This document shows, piece after piece, positions 19,025-25,923 of a DNA stretch of 32,000 bases. The position numbers and the translations under genes are program-made. The stretch covers positions 60,001 to 92,000 of the forward strand of contig NQJD01000005.1 in the NCBI GenBank assembly GCA_004284765.1, in the 5' to 3' direction. Each line of letters opens with the position of its first letter. The first letter of the stretch is position 1. The stretch comes from Candidatus Electronema aureum (lineage in GTDB: Bacteria > Desulfobacterota > Desulfobulbia > Desulfobulbales > Desulfobulbaceae). Below the pieces are notes generated by a model, which made no database searches, was not told where the DNA came from, and worked only from the letters and a program-made list of their open reading frames with translations.

Positions 19025-19049
19025 AGCAGCCGAAAAAATTCCGGCTGCT
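19025..19049 (-). terminator. Possible terminator hairpin downstream of the cytochrome c peroxidase gene
   Basis: An 8-bp stem, AGCAGCCG / CGGCTGCT, with a 9-nt loop, 15 nt after the ccp stop. The U-tail on the minus strand is weak (UUCC), so confidence is low. Confidence 0.35.
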
Positions 19050-19063
19050 CAAGTCAGGCCCGA

Positions 19064-20059
19064 TTACTCTTCAAAGGGCTTAGGCTGTGGGGTTTTATCT
19101 GAAGAAGGCGGCAACATCGGCAGGGTAAATGCAGGTTGATCGCCAGTCAAGCTCTTGAGGAAGGCGACAATCTGTGCGTTCTCCGTATCGGAGAGCTTCT
19201 TGCCGAGCTGGAGACGACCCATGACATCCACTGCCTCAGTCAGAGTCTCCGCTTCGCCGTCATGAAAATATGGATAAGTCAGCTCAACATTGCGGAGATT
19301 CGGCACTTTGAACATGAAACGGTCTTCATCCTTGCCCGTGACCGCTTTGCGGCCCTCAGCCGGACTTTTGGCTTTGTACTCCTCAACCATGCCCATTTTA
19401 TGGAAGGTACCGCCGCCAACAGATTCGCCGTAATGACAGGAAATGCAGCCAAAATCCTTGAACAATTTGTAGCCAGCCAGCTCTTGCTCGGTCACAGCCT
19501 TCACATCGCCCAAGAGCCATTTGTCAAAGCGGGAATTGGGCGTGACCAAGGTTTTCTCAAATTCTGCAATAGCATCTGTCACTCGGTCGATATCAATTTT
19601 GTTATCACCAAAGACTTGCTTGAATTCAGTTACATAACCGGGAATGGAAGTCAAAATACCTTCCGCCAGAGCATGGGTTAAGGCCATCTCGCCGGGGTTG
19701 GCAATCGGCCCGCCCGCCTGCGCTTTCAGACTGTCAGCTCTGCCGTCCCAGAACTGGACAAAACTGAGGCTGGAGTTGAGAACGGTTGGCGCGTTGATCG
19801 GCCCTTTCTGCCAGTTGTGGCCGATAGAAGTTTTCAGGTTGTCCGAACCACCTATGCTGAGGTTGTGGCAGGAGTTGCAGGAAATGAAGCCAGATTTGGA
19901 CAGCCGGGGGTCAAAAAAGAGCTTTTTGCCCAGCTCGGCTTTCGCTTGATTGATCTCCTTGGGCGGGGTGATTGGCTTGATCGGCTCCTCTGCCCACGCT
20001 GCTCCAGCGGTTGTAGCCGCAAGAAAAATGACTGCTGTGACACATTTTTTTACTGCCAT
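19064..20059 (-). CDS. ccp: Di-heme cytochrome c peroxidase (CcpA/MauG family)
   Basis: 331-aa ORF with a signal peptide and two heme motifs (CNSCH and CISCH). The conserved blocks FFDPRLS, APTVLN, FWDGRA and PNLRNV are present. Confidence 0.9.
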   Translation of the reverse strand: MAVKKCVTAVIFLAATTAGAAWAEEPIKPITPPKEINQAKAELGKKLFFDPRLSKSGFISCNSCHNLSIGGSDNLKTSIGHNWQKGPINAPTVLNSSLSFVQFWDGRADSLKAQAGGPIANPGEMALTHALAEGILTSIPGYVTEFKQVFGDNKIDIDRVTDAIAEFEKTLVTPNSRFDKWLLGDVKAVTEQELAGYKLFKDFGCISCHYGESVGGGTFHKMGMVEEYKAKSPAEGRKAVTGKDEDRFMFKVPNLRNVELTYPYFHDGEAETLTEAVDVMGRLQLGKKLSDTENAQIVAFLKSLTGDQPAFTLPMLPPSSDKTPQPKPFEE

Positions 20060-20488
20060 ATTTCTTCTCCTGTTTTTTTTATTACAAGCCTACACGCTTA
20101 ATCTCTGCTCGCACTGCTATCGATTCCTTTTACAGTGTAAGTAAAAAGTATTTTTACTTTTTATTCAACACGAAATTACGCTTACAAAGATAAGCTGCTC
20201 ATTCGTATAGCAATAAAGATGATGCTCAATGAAGGTGATCATCCGCAGCAAAGTTGTTCATCCAAACTACCCCGCTGTCGTACATAACCCTCTGCCGTTT
20301 TCCCTGCTCATGGGAGGTTGACAGCGGGCAGAATATTCTGTTTAATAAAAGTTATTGAATCAGGTTTCATTCTGTATCGTTCCAAACATAGCGCAATCAT
20401 GTTATGACTGATCTTCCTGCAACAGATTTATTTTGCCGGAGACGATACGGTTTTTCTGAAAGAATAATTTAAACAAGAGACTGCCATC

Positions 20489-21043
20489 ATGGATAGACGT
20501 TCTTTTCTTGCCCTCGGCGCAAAAGCGGCGGCTGGAATTCTCGTTGCCCACGCTGCTCCCGCTCTGGCTGCCGTTCCTACCCGTCCTCGCGCCGATAAAG
20601 GCACCCGGAACTTGGCTTTTTATCATACCCATACCCGCGAATGTCTTGATATTAATTATTTGCGCAACGGAAAGTACGATTTCAAGGCACTTCAACAAAT
20701 CAACAAATACCTCCGTGATTTTCGTACCAGTGAAGTATATCCTATTGACCCAGAAATACTGAACATCCTTTGGACGATACAGCAGGAAATTGGCTGTAGA
20801 AGCACCTACGAGATCATTTCCGCCTACCGTTCTCCCCAGACGAATCAGAAGCTGCGCGGCAATAGCGATGGCGTGGCCAAGCGCAGTCTACACATGCAAG
20901 GCCAAGCTGTTGACATCCGCCTCACCGGTAAGAATACCCGCATGGTGCGTGACTGCGCGGTTGCGCTGGAGGCGGGCGGTGTGGGCTACTACGCCGCGTC
21001 AGATTTTGTTCACATTGATACCGGTAAGTTCCGCACGTGGTAG
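20489..21043 (+). CDS. DUF882/YcbK(MepK)-family peptidase M15, Tat-exported
   Basis: 184-aa ORF with the twin-arginine signal MDRRSFLALGAKAAAGILVAHAAPALA. The C-terminal sequence YRSPQTN...SLHMQGQAVDIRL...GGVGYY..DFVHIDTG is typical of DUF882. Confidence 0.8.
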   Translation: MDRRSFLALGAKAAAGILVAHAAPALAAVPTRPRADKGTRNLAFYHTHTRECLDINYLRNGKYDFKALQQINKYLRDFRTSEVYPIDPEILNILWTIQQEIGCRSTYEIISAYRSPQTNQKLRGNSDGVAKRSLHMQGQAVDIRLTGKNTRMVRDCAVALEAGGVGYYAASDFVHIDTGKFRTW

Positions 21044-21080
21044 CCGACAGAGAAAATCAGTCAGCCACCACGTAGTACGC

Positions 21081-21908
21081 TCATGCTACAGCAAGGAAGG
21101 GACGCATTGCCGCATCACTGCGGGCGATATCCATCAGTGTTCGGTCGTTGCAGTTGAGAATGACTGCGTCTAAGCCAGCAGCGGCCAGCAAAGGCAGCAG
21201 CCGATGGTGGAAGGCTGGGCGTTTAGCCGCAGGCAGAAAAGTGGAGGCACTGGACAGTGCCAGCAGTGAAGGCACTTTTTCTTGGCTCAGAAGCGGCAGA
21301 GCGGCAAGAGTTTCCAGCACCGGATCAATGTCCGGCAATCCTTGACGAACAGGATCAGGGCTGGGACGAAAAAGCGGATCAACGTAGAGTTTTTTCAACG
21401 GAAAATTGGTGCGAGTTGCAGTTTCCAACACCTCGGCAGCCAGCTGGAGCCGGTCATCCGCCGTAAAGGGCGAGAGACCGGGCCGAGCCAGCAGCACCAC
21501 CAATTTAGCCCCGCAGTCCCTTACTTTTTCCATGTCAGTGGCTAAAGTCATCGGATCAGCGGTCACAGAGTTGACAGTCAACTTATCCCCGTGTTTCCGC
21601 AGCAATGCGGGTTGGGACAAAATCTGAGAGGCAACAAACAAAGGCAGCTGCGTTGCTGCCAGAATGGTCTCAACCGCCCAAGTGAGCAGGCCACCGTTTT
21701 TCTTGGCCGGGCCGAGGTTTAAATCCAAGGCATCAGCCCCGGCCTCTGCTTGCCGGACAGCTACAGCTGCCAGCGCACGGCTATCTCGCCCCTCAATTGC
21801 CCGGAAAAATAACGGATTCATGATCTGCATGTCTTGGCCGATGAGGCGCAAGGCGTTCCTCTCTCCGTCGGTATTCCGGCGGGCTTTTTCTTGTTCAAAA
21901 AATATCAT
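21081..21908 (-). CDS. Stand-alone pterin-binding domain protein (methyltetrahydrofolate methyltransferase / MeTr-MetH-like)
   Basis: 275-aa ORF with a strong RBS (AAGGAGAA). LIGQ...AIEGRDSRALAAVAVRQAEAGADALDLNLGP resembles the start of the pterin-binding TIM barrel. ...NSVTAD... and a degenerate SNxSFG-like block (LSSASTF), followed by AAGLDAVILN, are also present. Assignment is by eye. Confidence 0.6.
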   Translation of the reverse strand: MIFFEQEKARRNTDGERNALRLIGQDMQIMNPLFFRAIEGRDSRALAAVAVRQAEAGADALDLNLGPAKKNGGLLTWAVETILAATQLPLFVASQILSQPALLRKHGDKLTVNSVTADPMTLATDMEKVRDCGAKLVVLLARPGLSPFTADDRLQLAAEVLETATRTNFPLKKLYVDPLFRPSPDPVRQGLPDIDPVLETLAALPLLSQEKVPSLLALSSASTFLPAAKRPAFHHRLLPLLAAAGLDAVILNCNDRTLMDIARSDAAMRPFLAVA

Positions 21909-21923
21909 CTGTTCTCCTTGTTT

Positions 21924-22037
21924 TCAGGCGAAATGGAAATCAACAAACGCGAATGAAAACAGGGGACAGGCAGGACTACGGATGCAGGGAAAACCGGCAC
22001 GGTTAGCCGTAGATACGGCGCGGACAAACTGCGGCAT
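21924..22037 (-). CDS. Candidate small ORF (37 aa) between the riboswitch and the pterin-binding gene
   Basis: The ATG at 22035-22037 is preceded by AAAGGAGAGAGG (5-nt spacer). It encodes MPQFVRAVSTANRAGFPCIRSPACPLFSFAFVDFHFA. Its stop lies 15 nt before the next start codon. There is no homology evidence, and it could simply be the expression platform. Confidence 0.25.
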   Translation of the reverse strand: MPQFVRAVSTANRAGFPCIRSPACPLFSFAFVDFHFA

Positions 22038-22082
22038 ACCTCTCTCCTTTCCTCGAAGGGGATTAAGTGGGATGGTGCGTTG

Positions 22083-22292
22083 TCGGCAGGTTTTCGGACT
22101 TACGGACAAGCAGGCAAAACGCCTACGGGCCTACTAACCGTCGCTTCCCGTACCTTTCGGCACAGTGCTTTTCCTTGTTCAAGGAGACGGTGTTCGTTTC
22201 CGCTTACCGCTGCGGGACAGTCCCGGTTTTTCACCGGATTCCCTGTTGGCTGCCCTGCTCAATTCAGCAGGACAGCGTGCCACGCTTCCCAT
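22083..22292 (-). promoter_or_regulatory. Cobalamin (B12) riboswitch
   Basis: Three stretches read on the minus strand match the conserved core, B12-box region and 3' pseudoknot element of the cobalamin riboswitch as I recall the consensus: AACAGGGAATCCGGTGAAAAACCGGGACTGTCCCGCAGCGGTAAG, GCACTGTGCCGAAAGGTACGGGAAGCGACGG, and GTCCGAAAACCTGCC. An upstream hairpin CCTGCT-gaatt-GAGCAGG is also present. Confidence 0.8.
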
Positions 22293-22324
22293 GAAGCGTA
22301 CCGACAGCCATTATGATGATGGAT

Positions 22325-22353
22325 ACTTTATATGGTGGATACAGATTGGTCAA
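22325..22353 (-). promoter_or_regulatory. Candidate promoter driving the riboswitch leader
   Basis: On the minus strand: TTGACC (22348-22353), 17-nt spacer, TAAAGT (22325-22330), about 30 nt upstream of the riboswitch. Pattern match only. Confidence 0.4.
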
Positions 22354-22404
22354 GCACTGAATGATGTGGAAGCAGGTAAAAAACTCCGCTATCGTCCAAC
22401 GAAA

Positions 22405-23013
22405 TCAAGCAAAGTCTTTTTCATGCAGCAACGTATAGGTGAATTTGTTGCCGAATGCTTTTTTCCCTTCCTTGCATTTCAGGATGAAGTCATTAAACTG
22501 ACGCTGATCGGCAAAAACTTGACAACCTGCGGAGAATTTTTGTTCATTCGCGTACCTGTCGGTAGTGCGATGAATGTTGATTGAGAACATGCCGGTTTCT
22601 GTTTTTTCAGCCTTGAGATTGAGCTTCGCATCGCGGTTACTGTCACGATAAACCGTGACCGAACCTAACCGTTGACAAAGAGCTAAGTGGCCACTTATTC
22701 GTCCTCGGTTATGAATATCCATCTGATACGCTCCCTTGTATTGACCTTCCTTGAGAATAGCAGCACCAGAGCTGTTGACTGGATGAGTAAGATAATAAAT
22801 ACTAGGGTCAGTAGTGATGTGATAATAATATATTTCCCAAATTCCACGAAATCTCTGGAAAACAGTCAAGGTATCGTTGAATTTTCCAAGTTCAGGATCA
22901 AGCGCGCGAATGCCAACAATATTCAGATTCCAATCAATTCCAGGGGTGTCATAGAGTGCGTATCCCTTGGCTTTAATCACCTCAATCAGCTTATCTACAG
23001 ATGGTCTGAACAT
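22405..23013 (-). CDS. Putative cell-wall enzyme with L,D-transpeptidase (YkuD)-like catalytic motif, no signal peptide
   Basis: The start is set at the Met preceded by AAGGAGGAGG (MFRPSVDKL), giving 202 aa. The motif INIHRTTDRYANEQKFSAGCQVF has the form H-x12-S-x-G-C, the same form and spacing as the YkuD active site as I recall it. The gene is AT-rich by eye. Confidence 0.5.
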   Translation of the reverse strand: MFRPSVDKLIEVIKAKGYALYDTPGIDWNLNIVGIRALDPELGKFNDTLTVFQRFRGIWEIYYYHITTDPSIYYLTHPVNSSGAAILKEGQYKGAYQMDIHNRGRISGHLALCQRLGSVTVYRDSNRDAKLNLKAEKTETGMFSINIHRTTDRYANEQKFSAGCQVFADQRQFNDFILKCKEGKKAFGNKFTYTLLHEKDFA

Positions 23014-23089
23014 AATGCACCTCCTCCTTTGCATGAGTAAAAATTGAAGTTGCCGCCCGCAGGCGTGAAGCAACGGGCGGTTCCATCTA

Positions 23090-24541
23090 TCAGGCAGCGT
23101 ACTGCTGTTTCAGTTTACGCAGAAGATTGCCGACATGAATATCCGGCGCAGTCTGCGGCCCCCAATCCAACGTAGTGTTGGCACGGCTATCGGGGATAAT
23201 GACATTGCGCAGCCTTTGCTCTTTGTTGTACCAATCCCGTTTAGTAGAACCGTCAGGGCAGGATGTCGTTTGTGTATCGCCCCAGCGCAGTTCAGGGCAG
23301 TGATAGGGGTCAAAAGAAAGCTTAAAGAGCCGATCCATGATATCCGACAAGGTCAGCGATACTGCTGCTCCGACTGAATTGGTATAACCGATCCGCATTG
23401 CTGCCGAATTTGCAGTCCAGATTGCATCGTATTCGCGCACCAGCGTTCCCACGCTCCCACTGAACAGGTAAGGATGATTGCCACGTTCTACTGCGGCAAC
23501 GCTGCTGGTGATAAAATTAAAAATTTCTCTGACTTGTGCCTTTAACCGCGCATCACGGCCTGGCGTGGAGTAGGATTCCCATTCGCCTTCCGCTCCGTAG
23601 ATATTGTAAGGCAGACTGGTAGGATGTGCTTTCGTGTGGATGTCTTTGGCAACCGCCGCATCGACAGCATCAACCCGCTCTTTCAGGGCTTCGTGCAGAG
23701 CAGTCAGTTGCTGGGTCAATTCTTTGGTCGGATCAATCCTAACGTTACCAGAGGCAAGTCGCCGTTTTACCCACTGATGATAATTGAGGTCAAAACCGTC
23801 AACGCGGTAGTTAGATTGGCACTGGCTTTGTCCGGCATCAAAAAAGGCTGAATTTTTGTTTGAAGTCAAGACAAAGCTACCGCTGCTATCCACCGTCTGC
23901 GGTCGCCAGCGACGGAACCCGCCGCCTGTTTTACAAGAGCCACGTGACAGTGATTCGCCGAATCGTTTGCTGGTCAGACTGTTGTCAGGATGTCCGTCCA
24001 CAAACCAAACCGTGCCGTCGGCATCTACCTTGGAAACGACCAGCACATGGCCGTTCGCATCGTAATATACTACGCCCGGAACAATGCTCTCTCGGTTGAT
24101 TTCCGCCAGATAGGTATCTGTTTTTTCTGTCGTCCAAAAATAACGAAAAAAGCCGCTGTGGACACTGTTGCTGATTGCTTTAGCCAAAAGGGAAAATTTG
24201 GCATAATTCATAAAAGAGCGACGTGATCCTGGCGTGTTCCCGCTGGTATATCGCCCACCAGCAATGGAAACGTTGAATGAAAACGGCAGTTTCTTTTTGT
24301 AACAGAAATACGCCCGCACCACATACGGCAGATCGGCGCAATCGCTGAACACCGAAAGATTTTTATCTTCGTCCGAATACAGAGAGTTAGCTGCTTGGTT
24401 GCGTAAACAGGCAGTCAGCGTTGGCCCTTTCTTGGCAAACAACTGCTCGATCCAGCGAGAAAATTCGACTTCGTAACTGTCGTTCCATTGGTGCTGGGCA
24501 ATCCACGCGGTGCTGGCGTTGCCGAGATTCAGATCAGGCAT
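23090..24541 (-). CDS. Hypothetical 483-aa protein with possible papain-like (NlpC/P60 or transglutaminase-like) Cys-His-Asp N-terminal domain
   Basis: The start is set at the ATG at 24539-24541, preceded by AAGGAGGAA. The ORF-track start two codons upstream is a TTG. Candidate catalytic residues are SDCADLPYVVRAYF, then YDANGHVLVVSKV, then FVDGHPD. There is no signal peptide. The C-terminal ~280 aa is unrecognised. Confidence 0.45.
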   Translation of the reverse strand: MPDLNLGNASTAWIAQHQWNDSYEVEFSRWIEQLFAKKGPTLTACLRNQAANSLYSDEDKNLSVFSDCADLPYVVRAYFCYKKKLPFSFNVSIAGGRYTSGNTPGSRRSFMNYAKFSLLAKAISNSVHSGFFRYFWTTEKTDTYLAEINRESIVPGVVYYDANGHVLVVSKVDADGTVWFVDGHPDNSLTSKRFGESLSRGSCKTGGGFRRWRPQTVDSSGSFVLTSNKNSAFFDAGQSQCQSNYRVDGFDLNYHQWVKRRLASGNVRIDPTKELTQQLTALHEALKERVDAVDAAVAKDIHTKAHPTSLPYNIYGAEGEWESYSTPGRDARLKAQVREIFNFITSSVAAVERGNHPYLFSGSVGTLVREYDAIWTANSAAMRIGYTNSVGAAVSLTLSDIMDRLFKLSFDPYHCPELRWGDTQTTSCPDGSTKRDWYNKEQRLRNVIIPDSRANTTLDWGPQTAPDIHVGNLLRKLKQQYAA

Positions 24542-24770
24542 GGGCAATTCCTCCTTATTCGTTGACGACGAGTGTGTGTTTTGCTCTGAACAGAGCCTCT
24601 AATGTTCCACCTTTTCATATCAAACGAAGCTAAAAGACACCCGCTTGATATGACGAATTATATTCCTCCTATCCTTTCTGTCAATCGCATAAATTGTATA
24701 AAATGTAAATTTGCCAAACAAGATATAAATCACGGTTTCATTATCCGTGAAGAATGAAAACTGATTTCAG

Positions 24771-24798
24771 TTGCTCCTGTTGGAAAAGATGGTATAAC
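24771..24798 (+). promoter_or_regulatory. Candidate promoter for ispA
   Basis: TTGCTC (24771-24776), 16-nt spacer, TATAAC (24793-24798), about 60 nt upstream of the ispA ATG. Pattern match only. Confidence 0.25.
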
Positions 24799-24859
24799 AG
24801 TGCGAAACAGGACAGTAGCATCCGAATCAGTTTGTCAGCGGAAGTGAGAAAGGAAAAAT

Positions 24860-25759
24860 ATGTTTGATATCAAACAGTATCTTCAGGAACAGCGGCAGCT
24901 TGTCGAGGAGGCACTGCGCCAGTATATGCTGGCGGCGGAAGGAGATTTTGCTGCTCATATTGAGACGATGCGCTACAGTCTTTTTGTCGGCGGTAAACGA
25001 ATTCGGCCTATCCTGTGCTTGACTGCGGCCCGCTGCGTCAGCGATGAACCGGACGTGGATATGTTACTCTTGCCTGCCGCCTGCGCCTTGGAGTGCATTC
25101 ACACGTATTCGCTGATTCATGACGATTTGCCCGCGATGGACAACGACGACCTGCGCCGGGGTCAGCTCACCTGCCATAAAAAATTTGGCGAAGCTGAGGC
25201 CATTCTTGCGGGCGACGGCTTGCTCACCTACGCCTTTGAGCTGATCAGCAGCGAGCAATTCCTTGGCCTGTCCTTGGAAGTTCGTCTGCGTCTGATCGCA
25301 GTGTTGGCGCGGGCTGCCGGTTCTTTAGGTATGGTCGGCGGCCAGTTTTTAGACATTGCCAGCGAAGGAAAGGAAATACCTTTTGCGCTGCTCAAGACCA
25401 TTCACCGCTCAAAAACCGGCGCATTGATCACTGCGGCGGTACAAATGGGAGCCATCGGCGGCGGTGCGGTTGCGGCGCAGCTACAAGCACTTACCGAATA
25501 TGGGGGCGCAGTTGGTTTGGCGTTCCAGATTGTCGATGACCTGCTGGATGTAACGTCCTCCAGCAAGCAGCTCGGCAAAACCGCAGGTCATGATGCCGGG
25601 CAAGGCAAAGCCACCTATCCGGCCTTTTTCGGAGTAGAAAAAACCCGCGCTCTGGCAATAGAGGCAGCGGAACGCGCTGTGGCTGCGCTGGTGGGCTTTG
25701 ATGAGCGGGCAAACCCACTGCGAGCTTTGGCACGGTATATCGTTAGCAGGACAAATTAA
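24860..25759 (+). CDS. ispA: Farnesyl/geranyl diphosphate synthase (polyprenyl synthetase family)
   Basis: 299-aa ORF with the first Asp-rich motif LIHDDLPAMDNDDLRRG and the second, FQIVDDLLD. Confidence 0.9.
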   Translation: MFDIKQYLQEQRQLVEEALRQYMLAAEGDFAAHIETMRYSLFVGGKRIRPILCLTAARCVSDEPDVDMLLLPAACALECIHTYSLIHDDLPAMDNDDLRRGQLTCHKKFGEAEAILAGDGLLTYAFELISSEQFLGLSLEVRLRLIAVLARAAGSLGMVGGQFLDIASEGKEIPFALLKTIHRSKTGALITAAVQMGAIGGGAVAAQLQALTEYGGAVGLAFQIVDDLLDVTSSSKQLGKTAGHDAGQGKATYPAFFGVEKTRALAIEAAERAVAALVGFDERANPLRALARYIVSRTN

Positions 25760-25923
25760 AAATGCCATGAACTTATGAGATTTCCCCTATGCTTAATGCT
25801 TACCGTAGAGCGAGAGATAGTTTTGTCCGCAGTTGCCAAAATTGGTAGCCAGCGGTTATAGTGAGGGCAATTCATGAACTGCCCTTGCGGTTACCCGCTG
25901 ACCACCTCCTTGCTGAATAGCCC

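Noticed and set aside
21924-22109. Full 61-aa ORF-track call (21924-22109, minus) as a protein
   Set aside because: Its first 24 codons overlap the 3' part of the cobalamin riboswitch aptamer and lack an RBS. Only the internal Met at 22037, which has a strong RBS, was retained as a low-confidence small ORF.
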